A stretch of 64,000 nucleotides of DNA from Escherichia phage T5. The notes below the pieces were generated by a model that worked only from the letters and a program-made list of their open reading frames with translations, searched no databases and had not been told where the DNA came from. The stretch lies in the sequence record AY692264.1. One strand, 5' to 3'. The position numbers and the translations under genes were made by a program. Position 1 is the first letter of the stretch. Each line of letters opens with the position of its first letter. This document shows positions 9,731 to 19,435 of this stretch, one piece after another.

Positions 9731-9749
9731 AGGGCAATTGCCCTGCGCT

Positions 9750-10500
9750 TTTGTGCAAATCCGACATTTGCCCCCATGGATTACGCGTGGGCGTGTATGT
9801 GCAAATCCGACAATTTTTGGTAGTGTGCGAATCCGACCCGAAAAATTTTTATAGTGTGCAAATCCGACAATGAATTTTCCCAAAAACTCCAGCAATCACG
9901 AACTGCGTTCGAATCCTGTGGAATTAGCTAGAGTATGTGCAAATCCGACATGTGTTGAGATGTGCGAATCCGACAAGATTTTTGTGACTTCGATGGGAGG
10001 GTGTGTGATTGTATGGGTTTGAGGGGAAGATGAGAGAGCGAGAGAAATTTGGGAGGCTAGAAGGATATGGGCGCAGGATTGGTGCGGAGCACCTGATTTG
10101 CGGGGATTTTGGGGAAGAGTTGAGATAATTTGGGAAGATTTGAGATAGGTGCAGAAAAAGTAAAATTTTATTAGCTAAAGGGGGCAAAATAGCTTGACAA
10201 GTGAAAATTTCTGTGGTTCTAAAAACTCAGGCAATCATGGGCCTTCGGCCCGAAATAATGCTGCTATTTTCAGGAGAGTAAGAGTTCCTAAAAACTTAGG
10301 CGTTTGTGCAAATCCGACCATAAATTTCTAGAAACACAATGTGCAAATCCGACAGTAATTTCTGGAAATGTGTTTTCAAAAAATGTCTTCTAGAAATAAC
10401 CGCCCTCCCTATAACCGCCCTGTATTAAACCGCCTATTGCTGGAGTTTCTAGGAACATGAAAACTGCCCTAGAGTATGTGCAAATCCGATGAATATTTTT
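9750..10500. repeat. array of about 9 copies of 14-bp motif TGTGC(A/G)AATCCGAC, all same orientation
   Basis: copies near 9754, 9795, 9822, 9853, 9938, 9961, 10303, 10331, 10478; extra copy inside ORF at about 12151. Confidence 0.65.
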
Positions 10501-10850
10501 GTGTGATCCCTAGAATTTATACTTATCAATTTCCTAGAAACTCAGGAGTCTAGAAGAAAGTGTTGTGCCATCCTAGCAGATGAGCGGCAACAGGTGTATC
10601 ATCTTGAATGTAAATTATATGGTCAAAAGTTTTACTTTTATTTTAAATATAAGATCCCCCAGGGTTCTCATATAGAGCTTTGCCCCCGCCAGAAGGTCTC
10701 GTGATGTTTCTAGTAATTTATATTAAATTACTTATTAACTTGTCCTATCGCTCCGTATCCTCCGCTACAAGTTAGTAATTTTAAATTACTGAACCACCAC
10801 ACCTTCTGTGTGGCAACTCTAAATGGTTAATTCTATTAACTCATAGAGTT

Positions 10851-10879
10851 ATGATAACATACATTTAGCTATCTGTCAA
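10851..10879 (-). promoter_or_regulatory. sigma70 promoter (TTGACA-17-TATCAT) firing into noncoding repeat region
   Basis: minus-strand read TTGACAGATAGCTAAATGTATGTTATCAT; no ORF over 20 aa downstream for several hundred bp. Confidence 0.5.
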
Positions 10880-10935
10880 CGAAAGTTTGTATTTGAGTCT
10901 CGGTACAGGTATTGTGCACCGAGATATGCAGAGTA

Positions 10936-11820
10936 TTATAATAATTCTTGGTATGCTTTTTGATACGCCTCAGTATCTGTAGGTGTATCTTTTGCTAACG
11001 CAATTAGTTCATCTGTTATCTGAACATTCGTACTATAACGTTGGTGGAACTCTTCTGGGATTTCTAGGTATCTATTTATGAACGCTGCAGCAAGCGGTGT
11101 AACTAACCCAATTTCTAGGGATAACTTAACTTGTTTCTCATAAATTAAATACTGAGAATCAGATGGGATTGGTGGGGTTACATCAACTTTTTCTGGTTCT
11201 TTTTCTGGAAGCAATGGATTGTTATACAATGCTTCATCTGGAAGCACAGATTTACGCTCTTTAAATATATAAGTTTCTAGATCCGATGCTTTAGATCCTG
11301 AGTAAACAGCGAAGATGCTAGCTTTACCTTGTGATGCCCTAACTGGTAAATAGTTAGTTGGGTAACTCCTTAATGCATCATGGAATGGACTTCCTGAGTA
11401 TTTGTATGTATCCCCATAGAGATCATCAATATTCATTCGTTCATCTTCAAAGATATGGAAAGAGCTAAATGATGGGATGGTGAAGTATTCCATCTGTAAC
11501 CCATAAACTAAGAAACGATGTGCATATGCGCTAATCTTTAAGACTGTGAATGCTTTCTCACCTTCTTTATAAGAATTGCCCTTTGAAGTAACTTGATAAC
11601 GCTTACAAAACATCTCTACTAAACGTTTCTCATTAATATTGAGTGAGGAATATAAACGTCCATTTAGCCCTAGAAGGGCATCAAACATAAATGCTAACTT
11701 ATCTTTTTCTTCTTGAGACAGTTCTGGAAATGGTAATACTTTGGCATTAGGAACATTATTGTTCTCTTTAGGTTTTGTTTTACCAGCATTTTGTCTTAGT
11801 TTATCTTTAAAGTTATACAT
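10936..11820 (-). CDS. hypothetical protein
   Basis: 294 aa ORF. Confidence 0.55.
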   Translation of the reverse strand: MYNFKDKLRQNAGKTKPKENNNVPNAKVLPFPELSQEEKDKLAFMFDALLGLNGRLYSSLNINEKRLVEMFCKRYQVTSKGNSYKEGEKAFTVLKISAYAHRFLVYGLQMEYFTIPSFSSFHIFEDERMNIDDLYGDTYKYSGSPFHDALRSYPTNYLPVRASQGKASIFAVYSGSKASDLETYIFKERKSVLPDEALYNNPLLPEKEPEKVDVTPPIPSDSQYLIYEKQVKLSLEIGLVTPLAAAFINRYLEIPEEFHQRYSTNVQITDELIALAKDTPTDTEAYQKAYQELL

Positions 11821-11901
11821 TATTTATCTCTCATTTTTTAAGGTCTGGATGACCTTCTTTTTATTTTAGAGCCTCCGTAGAGGCTCATGTATTAGGAATT
11901 A

Positions 11902-12510
11902 TTAATCCTTTTTATTCTCATTAATAACAGCTCCTAGTGCTTCAAGGATAGTATCATTTATACTCCCAGGCCTAAGATTATTAAAGTGAGTAACATAGAT
12001 GGGACTTTTAAAACCTTCAGTATCCACAGGTGCTACGCTTTTCATGTCAGATTCAAAAGCTTCTTGAGTATGTTTCAATTGTGCAGAAGGTCCATAATCT
12101 TCACCAACTCGATATGAGGAATTATTTTCTATAACGCCACCGCATGGAACATTGTGCAAATCCGACGTTATTTTAGGACTGTTCCACATTGTAATTGGCC
12201 CCGATTGCCACGGATCTCGAATAGTCACAGGAGTACTAGGACGGTTAACCTCAGTCTTCACAAGCTTATAACCAGCATCGATTAGTGTATTAATTAGATT
12301 ATCAGCGGGAATACGAGCCTTGCCAAAAATCTTACGAGCGTTGTTGAGCCTACCTTCAAAATCTTTACATGCTTTAATATTAGTGTGTGCAAAGGTTAGC
12401 TTCATAGATTTGAACTGTACGGTAGCAGTTAAATCTTTAAAAGCATAATCCCACGTATTCAGTTCATGATCTGGTACTACTTGAATAGATTGCTGTGCAT
12501 ATAAAGTCAT
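11902..12510 (-). CDS. hypothetical protein
   Basis: 202 aa ORF; contains one copy of the 14-bp motif. Confidence 0.5.
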   Translation of the reverse strand: MTLYAQQSIQVVPDHELNTWDYAFKDLTATVQFKSMKLTFAHTNIKACKDFEGRLNNARKIFGKARIPADNLINTLIDAGYKLVKTEVNRPSTPVTIRDPWQSGPITMWNSPKITSDLHNVPCGGVIENNSSYRVGEDYGPSAQLKHTQEAFESDMKSVAPVDTEGFKSPIYVTHFNNLRPGSINDTILEALGAVINENKKD

Positions 12511-12695
12511 TATTTATTCTCCAGTTTGTCTAACATCTTATGAGCTGCTAGGTTATATTGTTTAAGTTCACGATTAAGGATTTGGTTCTCACATTTTAGT
12601 TCTAGGTTCTCCTTGTTAAGGAGATGGCAGATTAGTAGAAGTGCTAGTATAACTAGCAGAGAACCTACGAGCATTAAAAGAAAAAGAGTTTCCAT
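12510..12695 (-). CDS. small membrane / coiled-coil protein
   Basis: 61 aa, N-terminal TM helix, overlapping start-stop. Confidence 0.4.
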   Translation of the reverse strand: METLFLLMLVGSLLVILALLLICHLLNKENLELKCENQILNRELKQYNLAAHKMLDKLENK

Positions 12696-12928
12696 TATTT
12701 AATTCCCATGTAACGTTTGAGATACGTGATGAAGTCTTCTGTTGTATGTTCTACGCTACCCTGAACCACAAACAACTTTAAAGCCTCACGCTGTAATTTA
12801 AGAGCAGCTAACTCACCACGTAATTTTATTATATCTTCCGCTAGTTCTCTAGCTCTGCGCATAATAGCAAATGATACAAATGTTACAATAAATAACATAA
12901 CTGCTAAAATAATTACTATGATCTCCAT
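12695..12928 (-). CDS. small membrane / coiled-coil protein
   Basis: 77 aa, N-terminal TM helix then coiled-coil. Confidence 0.4.
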   Translation of the reverse strand: MEIIVIILAVMLFIVTFVSFAIMRRARELAEDIIKLRGELAALKLQREALKLFVVQGSVEHTTEDFITYLKRYMGIK

Positions 12929-13206
12929 ATTAACATCCAGCTCTTATCGTATATTTGGGCATGTTCTACTAATTCATTTATCGATGTAGAATTATCGTAG
13001 ATACCCTCTAGTAAACGTTTTCTGTCAAATTTATCAACCAAATACTCCGCGCCATTTATCACTACCCTATACAGCTCTGGAACTAAAGGATGTTTGTTTG
13101 GTATTGGGCGACTACCTAAGTCTATTTCGTTTTTACCCCACTCTGTTTTAAACAGTCTGTTGCTAAGTGCTGCTAGTGGGTTTGACCATACAATATAGCT
13201 ACTCAC
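12916..13206 (-). CDS. hypothetical protein
   Basis: 96 aa ORF. Confidence 0.4.
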   Translation of the reverse strand: MSSYIVWSNPLAALSNRLFKTEWGKNEIDLGSRPIPNKHPLVPELYRVVINGAEYLVDKFDRKRLLEGIYDNSTSINELVEHAQIYDKSWMLIWRS

Positions 13207-13643
13207 TATTTATCTCCATTCTTAGCTTTGAAAACTTATTATACCAAACTATATGATTATCGTCAATTACAAATTTATGGTAACATGCTGGTACGGTATA
13301 AGTTCCATAATCCGTGACACGCTGCACAACCTTGTGTGCGCACAGTCGACATCCATGACCCTCTAAATGAGATCTAGCAGTTTGCCAGTAATAACCCTCA
13401 TGGTCTGGACAATAAATCTCTACTTGTTGCTGCATTGTTTTATAGTTTACACGCTCATACCCAAAGAAAGCCCCGTGAGCTGCAATAGCTTTCTTGATAA
13501 ATATAAGGTTTAGCGCTTCTTGTTGAAAGTCGGGGTGTAGTTGCTTAATCTTAGTTCTATTAATAGATCCATCCGATTTGATGAACCTATTTATTGGAAA
13601 GTTGTTAGCTTCCTCGATTAATAGTTCATTTACTTTCTCTCTC
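13199..13643 (-). CDS. hypothetical Cys/His-rich protein (start adjusted)
   Basis: track ORF 13199-13747 overlaps upstream ORF; internal Met (MREKVNELL) at 13643 fits; CPDH...H..GCRLCAH motif. Confidence 0.4.
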
Positions 13644-13646
13644 ATA

Positions 13647-13850
13647 TTAGATACTCTCACAGTTAAGGTAGAAACATTCGTAAACATCTCCAGTAAACTC
13701 TTTATCTTGTAGTAAACACTTAGCTTGGTCTTCCGGTACTCCAGCATCTAATAATTGTTGTTTACTTGGCTTTTCAGCGAATACTTTTACAAAATACTCA
13801 CCATCCTGATTATACTCATTTATATCTCTGGTAAGGACATATACTTGCAT
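13647..13850 (-). CDS. hypothetical protein
   Basis: 67 aa ORF. Confidence 0.4.
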   Translation of the reverse strand: MQVYVLTRDINEYNQDGEYFVKVFAEKPSKQQLLDAGVPEDQAKCLLQDKEFTGDVYECFYLNCESI

Positions 13851-13863
13851 TTGAAGTTCCTTG

Positions 13864-13898
13864 AAAACATAAAAGGCCAGAACAATTAAGTCCTGGCC
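13864..13898 (-). terminator. rho-independent terminator (minus strand)
   Basis: GGCCAGG-loop-CTGGCC hairpin followed by T-run on minus strand. Confidence 0.5.
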
Positions 13899-13906
13899 TC
13901 CTAAAA

Positions 13907-14278
13907 TTAATGAAGTTGTTTACCACTTCGTAACATAGTGGCCGTTTCCATAAGACCTAGCGTAGTATCACGCTTATTGATCTGTTTACCAAGTTCATCG
14001 GTACGTTTACCAATGTAAGCGTTAATAGCCATATTCATAGCTGTAGCGAGATCTTCTTTGGTTATCTCTTCATCATCTAAAGCTAATTTAGCCAAAGAAT
14101 CAAATGTGCTAGAGAGTCCTATAAGATCTGAGGTTTCTCCAGCCAAAATAGGATTAATATTATCTACTGTTACTTCTAGCATGGAGTTGACAATATCTTC
14201 ACCATCTATTAGACCAGTTTCAATATTACTCTCCCACTCCTTCATCTGCTCCAATAATGGATTTTTCTTTTCTGTCAT
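13907..14278 (-). CDS. hypothetical acidic protein (start adjusted)
   Basis: track ORF 13907-14344; internal Met reduces overlap with upstream ORF. Confidence 0.4.
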   Translation of the reverse strand: MTEKKNPLLEQMKEWESNIETGLIDGEDIVNSMLEVTVDNINPILAGETSDLIGLSSTFDSLAKLALDDEEITKEDLATAMNMAINAYIGKRTDELGKQINKRDTTLGLMETATMLRSGKQLH

Positions 14279-14687
14279 GGTAGAGGTTTCCTGTGTCAGT
14301 CGGTAAGAAGGATGATTGCGTTTTAGGTGGATGTTGCTTAGCAATCCAGTTAAGAATCAGCACGCGACTAGGAACAATATCGGTGTTATACCAAAAATCG
14401 TGAACCCATTGACGAGCATCTTCAAACTTACCAAATTTATATGCTTTCTTAAACAATTCAAATCCAAAACAATCTGGTGTAAAGTCTACTTCGCGATATT
14501 GAATTACTTTAGAACCAGTTAGGTCTTGGATCGCTGCATTAATTTCTGTATGCGAGAATTTTGTTTCATGAAACTTATTAAAGAATCGGTAGTTGAAGCG
14601 TCCGTTCGTTTCGACAAATAACTGGATGAAGAGATCGTTAAATTGGTTATCAAACCAGTAATTTTGTAGTTGTTGTAGTGCTGTCAT
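14226..14687 (-). CDS. hypothetical protein
   Basis: 153 aa ORF. Confidence 0.45.
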   Translation of the reverse strand: MTALQQLQNYWFDNQFNDLFIQLFVETNGRFNYRFFNKFHETKFSHTEINAAIQDLTGSKVIQYREVDFTPDCFGFELFKKAYKFGKFEDARQWVHDFWYNTDIVPSRVLILNWIAKQHPPKTQSSFLPTDTGNLYHDRKEKSIIGADEGVGE

Positions 14688-14884
14688 TTACGAACCCCGT
14701 TAATTGCCATAATGATGCCTTCGTACATAAAAGGAAGTAACCCAGAAGTATAGAATATATTTTCCGTTATTCCTAGATGCCGAAAAAGTATATTAAACAA
14801 TGCTGTTAGAAATACAATCTGAGGCAGTAATACAAAATACTCAGTTACAATCTTTGGTGCCTGATAAACAAGACGTTTTACCAT
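14684..14884 (-). CDS. small membrane protein
   Basis: 66 aa, hydrophobic. Confidence 0.35.
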   Translation of the reverse strand: MVKRLVYQAPKIVTEYFVLLPQIVFLTALFNILFRHLGITENIFYTSGLLPFMYEGIIMAINGVRK

Positions 14885-14983
14885 TGTTTTTAAGTCTCCT
14901 TATTACTTTGGCCTGCTCCACAATAATGAAAACTGCGAGTACTAATAGTGCTATTAGTCCCGCAGTAATTGGTACTAGATCAA

Positions 14984-15361
14984 TCATGGGAGACGCCATA
15001 CGTAATTAGCTGTCTGTAGGACTTCGGAAACATCATCATGTTGCATCACTACAGACGTTGGAGAGTAACTATTCGCCAGTTCTGTACGAACCATCTCACG
15101 TTCTTCTCCAGTTTCAATATTTTTAACAACCACCTTCATTTTGAGAGGTGTCAGTTCAGAGAGCGGTTTCCAAGAGTCCTCAATTGCAATTCCTACCTTT
15201 TTCTCGATTACCATGAGAACTTCTAGTGTGTCATCTGGAATACTAATATTATTATTTACAAACTGTAACAGCTCATGCAAAGTATTTAATTCGTTAAAAT
15301 TAAGTTTCATCTTTAAGAATATCCTCAACCATATCACAGGACTGTTGTAATTCGTCAGCAA
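14984..15361 (-). CDS. hypothetical protein
   Basis: 125 aa ORF. Confidence 0.45.
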   Translation of the reverse strand: MLTNYNSPVIWLRIFLKMKLNFNELNTLHELLQFVNNNISIPDDTLEVLMVIEKKVGIAIEDSWKPLSELTPLKMKVVVKNIETGEEREMVRTELANSYSPTSVVMQHDDVSEVLQTANYVWRLP

Positions 15362-15545
15362 TGCGCTTAATATCGGTCTTCGTCACTTTACCGATTAACA
15401 TCACCAGTAACATAGAAAGTATAATAAGTGGGACTGGAATAACAAATAATGCTACCTTAGCTATATTCTTTGGTGTCCATGTGTGATACTTAGTAACTAG
15501 AACTCCTACCACGATTAGGTAAAATGCTAGAATAAACATCATCAT
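15300..15545 (-). CDS. small membrane protein
   Basis: 81 aa, two TM segments. Confidence 0.4.
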   Translation of the reverse strand: MMMFILAFYLIVVGVLVTKYHTWTPKNIAKVALFVIPVPLIILSMLLVMLIGKVTKTDIKRIADELQQSCDMVEDILKDET

Positions 15546-15823
15546 TTTTTAATCTCCGTGATTATCTGTGTACGCATTACTTTAGCAGGTAATTTACTAT
15601 TCCCAACTATTGCTTCTATATTATTTAATTTTTCCTTAAGAATATCCGAGCGTCTTTGTGCTAATTCAATATCTTGCTCTTGCTCTAGTAACCGGTGATG
15701 TAGCCCATCATTAGTAATGAGCATACTTTCCATGTTTTTTCGTGCGTTTACAATCCCAATAACTCCACCAATCGCTACTAGCGTAGTAAGAATTAGTAAT
15801 CCAATAAGAATTTCAACCAACAT
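15542..15823 (-). CDS. membrane-anchored coiled-coil protein
   Basis: 93 aa, N-terminal TM helix. Confidence 0.4.
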   Translation of the reverse strand: MLVEILIGLLILTTLVAIGGVIGIVNARKNMESMLITNDGLHHRLLEQEQDIELAQRRSDILKEKLNNIEAIVGNSKLPAKVMRTQIITEIKK

Positions 15824-15986
15824 TAAATATCCTTACATTTTTCATTGTTTGGAACTAGTTTACACATCTCCACATTTAACTCGTGGATAGAATTGTCTAG
15901 TTCTGCTAAACGTGTGTGAAGAGAAACTATACTATATATTAATACCCCTAAAAGGAATGATAGCATAAAAATGGATATTCTTTCCA

Positions 15987-16256
15987 TTATTTCTTACCTT
16001 TCAGTTGCTTAACTTCACGCTCAAAAGATGCTGCACGACGTTCGGCAGTCGCTTGATGCTCTTTAGCAAAACGTGCTTCTTGTTTCGCTAAGTTAAAGGC
16101 CATAGCGTTCTTGTTTAGAGAATCATACATCTTTTTCATTGCCGGAATAGACATCTTCATGAGCTGGCCCTCAAAACCCTGCATGTCGAGGAGAATTGCC
16201 AGAACGTTAGCCATTTCATTTTTAGTCATGTTTTCCATTAGAATTTCCTCTCTCAT
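15987..16256 (-). CDS. hypothetical protein
   Basis: 89 aa ORF downstream of promoter at 16271. Confidence 0.45.
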   Translation of the reverse strand: MREEILMENMTKNEMANVLAILLDMQGFEGQLMKMSIPAMKKMYDSLNKNAMAFNLAKQEARFAKEHQATAERRAASFEREVKQLKGKK

Positions 16257-16270
16257 TAATTTATGAACTT

Positions 16271-16299
16271 ATTATACAGAATTTTAAGGCTTAAAGCAA
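16271..16299 (-). promoter_or_regulatory. T5-type early sigma70 promoter (TTGCTT-17-TATAAT)
   Basis: plus strand shows ATTATA at 16271-16276 and AAGCAA at 16294-16299. Confidence 0.7.
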
Positions 16300-16316
16300 C
16301 TGAATTTTTTAATTAC

Positions 16317-16748
16317 TTACCAATCGTTAACAACACCAGAGAACTCAGAAGCAAAAACTTTCTCAAATTTTTCTGCAATTTCAGGATGATCTTTACAGAT
16401 TAACTCAATACATGCTTCTGGAGTCATTCCTTCGTCTTCAGGATCACCGTAATATTTGTCCCAAAGATCATCAGGGATGATGTGCTCTGCCAAATCTTGG
16501 AAAGAAATTAACTGATAACGTTCTGCCTCCTCGGGGATAAGGATTTCACAAAGATCTTTATCTATATCACTACGGTAATCAGCAATTAGCAAGGCATTGC
16601 AAGCATGGCACTCCCAGACCATCAAGCGTTCAGAAATAGGATTAGACTTATCCTGAACGTAGGACTGAAACAGGGTTCGGAAAGTAGCTTTAACTTGTTC
16701 AAACTTATCTGCTGCTGCGAAAACTAGAGCTTTATCAACTTTGTTCAT
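16317..16748 (-). CDS. hypothetical acidic protein
   Basis: 143 aa ORF. Confidence 0.5.
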   Translation of the reverse strand: MNKVDKALVFAAADKFEQVKATFRTLFQSYVQDKSNPISERLMVWECHACNALLIADYRSDIDKDLCEILIPEEAERYQLISFQDLAEHIIPDDLWDKYYGDPEDEGMTPEACIELICKDHPEIAEKFEKVFASEFSGVVNDW

Positions 16749-16778
16749 TTTGTTTCCTTCTCATCAATTTATAAAGTA

Positions 16779-16807
16779 ATTATACAGAAACTTAAGCATT
16801 TTAGCAA
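16779..16807 (-). promoter_or_regulatory. T5-type early sigma70 promoter (TTGCTA-17-TATAAT)
   Basis: ATTATA 16779-16784 and TAGCAA 16802-16807 on plus strand. Confidence 0.7.
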
Positions 16808-16915
16808 ATAAAACTTTTAATTAAAATACCTAGTCCTGTACCAATAGCAATACAAATGATTATAAGTATTGCTACTGCTTGTATGACTCGTTTAATAATA
16901 GCCTCAGCTATATAC

Positions 16916-17437
16916 TTAGACATTTAACATCCAGCTAGTTTTATCATGAGAAGTATACTTACCACTCATAATGTCTTCCAGTCGTACTGGTGATTTTGCA
17001 TACTCTACACAAACGTTAATATAGCGAGAGTCTCCCATTAACTCAAAATGAGTATGCCCGTGTAAGTTCTTCTTGCCCCTTAACTCTTCTGGATGTACTG
17101 GAGCATGGGAAAGCCAAAAGTTTTTATACTTAACTAGGGATTGTACATTATCTACTACTCCTACTAAGTCTTTGAAAGATAACCTTTCTCGTTCTAAGTC
17201 GTGGTTCCCCAAAACTAACGTAGTTCTAACATTACTAAAGAGTTTTTCGAATTTCTCCAAACCATCCCTAGATACAAATGCATCCCCTAAAATATAGAAT
17301 ACTGTACGCTTATCTTTCATGGATATAATAGTATCCATAATAAATTCATCATGCTCTTCCATAGTAGAGAAGATTGGCCTGAATTTAGTAATATTTGCAT
17401 GCCCTAAGTGGAGATCGCTCCAAAAGCAGACTTTCAT
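16916..17437 (-). CDS. calcineurin-like metallophosphoesterase
   Basis: 173 aa; motifs SDLHLGH, GDAF, GNHD, GHTH. Confidence 0.7.
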   Translation of the reverse strand: MKVCFWSDLHLGHANITKFRPIFSTMEEHDEFIMDTIISMKDKRTVFYILGDAFVSRDGLEKFEKLFSNVRTTLVLGNHDLERERLSFKDLVGVVDNVQSLVKYKNFWLSHAPVHPEELRGKKNLHGHTHFELMGDSRYINVCVEYAKSPVRLEDIMSGKYTSHDKTSWMLNV

Positions 17438-18312
17438 TAAAGAATCCTCTGTATGCCACAGCTATCTTCTCGAAGCGTGGTAAATGTTGTGATTTTCCCA
17501 GTTTCATCATTAACTTGCGCAACCGTCAACTGCCCGTTGAAAACACCGCCAGTATCTAGGTAAACACGATTCTGGTATAAAATAGGGTAAGGTACTCCGG
17601 TATGTCCATGAAATACAAAGTCTACTCCATTAACTGGAGGTACTTCTACCATGTATTTTTCTTTAAACTCAGAATAACGCTGGAAATACGGGTGTTCCTC
17701 ACCATTTTTAGACAAATGGAGGCCTATTTCTTGGATTACATCTCGATCCCATAAGTATGGTTCCACATGGTACCCAGGATGGTCATGTGGGTCTTCCTTA
17801 GCTGCTTCTACTTGTGCAATAAGGTTATCCCATACTGGGGTTTCTACTTCGTTACCACATTCTTTGTACGTAAAAGGTACACCACCATGAACAACACCAT
17901 ACTTCTTGCCACGATGTTTAACAGTTAGGAATACTGGAAGTTTTTCAGCCATGTCTTCGGCAATATTTTTAATGGTATCTGCATCTAGTTCATTCATAGC
18001 CCATATACCACCGTTATACATCCAGTTAGCCCAATCTCCTACAATCATAAACTGGTCATGATTTCCACGAACGCTACAGAAACGTGGATTATATAAGAAT
18101 TTAGCTAGAACTTGTAGATTCTGCGTGCCTCGGTCAATTAAATCCCCTACACATACAACGCAATCTTTCTTACCGTTATAGCCAGCTAATTGTAGAGCAT
18201 CTTCTAGCAAATCGTTGCACCCATGAATATCTCCAACAAAGAATAAGTTAACATCATCAGGTACTACTAGTGTTTTATGTACATTAAATTCTTTTTTCAT
18301 AATTATTCCCAA
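17437..18312 (-). CDS. serine/threonine protein phosphatase (PPP family, lambda-PPase-like)
   Basis: 291 aa; GDIHG, GDLIDRG, RGNHD motifs. Confidence 0.75.
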   Translation of the reverse strand: MGIIMKKEFNVHKTLVVPDDVNLFFVGDIHGCNDLLEDALQLAGYNGKKDCVVCVGDLIDRGTQNLQVLAKFLYNPRFCSVRGNHDQFMIVGDWANWMYNGGIWAMNELDADTIKNIAEDMAEKLPVFLTVKHRGKKYGVVHGGVPFTYKECGNEVETPVWDNLIAQVEAAKEDPHDHPGYHVEPYLWDRDVIQEIGLHLSKNGEEHPYFQRYSEFKEKYMVEVPPVNGVDFVFHGHTGVPYPILYQNRVYLDTGGVFNGQLTVAQVNDETGKITTFTTLREDSCGIQRIL

Positions 18313-18548
18313 ATAACATTTAAAATAGTTGTACCATAATTATTTGATAGTTTTAGAGTATAACCCTCTTTATTGAGGGCTTTTATAGCTTCATAACTAA
18401 TTTCGTCACGATTAAGCTGTACAAAAGAACCTCCAATCTCTACAGAAGATACTATCCTCCGCTTAACCCATCTATACGTTTTCTTTCTGCTCTTGAGAAG
18501 AGCAGCTCTATTAACTCTAGATAAACGTTTTGCTTGCTCTGCTAACAT
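18303..18548 (-). CDS. hypothetical protein
   Basis: 81 aa ORF downstream of promoter 18576. Confidence 0.4.
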   Translation of the reverse strand: MLAEQAKRLSRVNRAALLKSRKKTYRWVKRRIVSSVEIGGSFVQLNRDEISYEAIKALNKEGYTLKLSNNYGTTILNVIWE

Positions 18549-18575
18549 TTAATCCTCCTATCAATCTATACAAAT

Positions 18576-18604
18576 ATTATACCAAAATTTTTAGCTGAAA
18601 GCAA
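18576..18604 (-). promoter_or_regulatory. T5-type early promoter (TTGCTT-17-TATAAT)
   Basis: ATTATA 18576-18581, AAGCAA 18599-18604. Confidence 0.7.
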
Positions 18605-18605
18605 G

Positions 18606-18638
18606 TAAAATAAAAGCCTGATCCGCTAAGATCAGGCT
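18606..18638 (-). terminator. rho-independent terminator (minus)
   Basis: AGCCTGATC-loop-GATCAGGCT hairpin with T-run on minus strand. Confidence 0.55.
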
Positions 18639-18645
18639 TGGTTTA

Positions 18646-18936
18646 TTAATCCTCTGGATTATCATCCAGGAAATTTTTAATGGCTTCGTGCATAGTTTCT
18701 TTACGAAGCTGACGTCCAATCAAAATATGATTAGCTTCTACTCGACCATTAGGTAATCGATCTGCCAGAACTACTACAGGAACTTGGCGTACACCAAATT
18801 TCTGCATTAATTCTGTATTATCAGTCTCTTTATGGATTTCCAAATTATAGTCATTGACTACTTTATCAAATACTGGCTCAAACATTTTGCAAGGATTGCA
18901 AGTGGAACCTTTTAATAGGTATACTAATTTACTCAT
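18646..18936 (-). CDS. thioredoxin/glutaredoxin-like protein
   Basis: 96 aa with CNPC redox-type motif near N-terminus. Confidence 0.45.
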   Translation of the reverse strand: MSKLVYLLKGSTCNPCKMFEPVFDKVVNDYNLEIHKETDNTELMQKFGVRQVPVVVLADRLPNGRVEANHILIGRQLRKETMHEAIKNFLDDNPED

Positions 18937-19360
18937 AGTTATTAATGGCCTCTAAGAAGTTTTTCATAGTTTTTACGGTTGCGGTGCTCAGATCAAGATT
19001 TACACCCAAACACTCGGTTAATGCTTCCTGATAAGGAGCCTTTAATCTGCCTTCTGGGACTTCTACCTTCTTATATTCTTTATTTTTGACCTTTTTAATC
19101 ATAGTCTCTAGTACAAGAAGCGGTAATTTAGCACCTTCAATATCAGTACCCAAAAGTTCAGTTAAAATTTTATTAAGATCAAGACGAGTTAACTTTTTGC
19201 CCTTAGACATAGATGCACCTACCTTTGTATCAATAGATTTTTCCGCTTTCTTTTCGAGCTTTTTGTACTCAGGAGAGTCATGATCACGGAGTGCAATGTT
19301 TAGCTCGTAATGTGGTATACGAAAATGTTCCGCCATTTGAGTGTAGAAACGATCAGACAT
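18929..19360 (-). CDS. hypothetical protein
   Basis: 143 aa ORF downstream of consensus promoter. Confidence 0.5.
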   Translation of the reverse strand: MSDRFYTQMAEHFRIPHYELNIALRDHDSPEYKKLEKKAEKSIDTKVGASMSKGKKLTRLDLNKILTELLGTDIEGAKLPLLVLETMIKKVKNKEYKKVEVPEGRLKAPYQEALTECLGVNLDLSTATVKTMKNFLEAINNYE

Positions 19361-19393
19361 AATATATACCTCTCTTAACTAATTTATGTATAT

Positions 19394-19422
19394 ATTATAT
19401 AATAACTAGGGCTAAAAGTCAA
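19394..19422 (-). promoter_or_regulatory. sigma70 promoter (TTGACT-17-TATAAT)
   Basis: minus-strand read TTGACTTTTAGCCCTAGTTATTATATAAT. Confidence 0.7.
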
Positions 19423-19435
19423 CTACTTTTTTATC

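Noticed and set aside
9653-10187. ORFs 9653-9895 and 9924-10187 (80 and 87 aa) from the six-frame track
   Set aside because: They lie entirely within the repeat arrays, have no RBS and low-complexity translations; probably not genes.
9540-10500. Possible CRISPR array suggested by the many short repeats
   Set aside because: Repeats are irregularly spaced, belong to several families, lack uniform spacers and have no cas genes nearby; better explained as protein-binding iterons.
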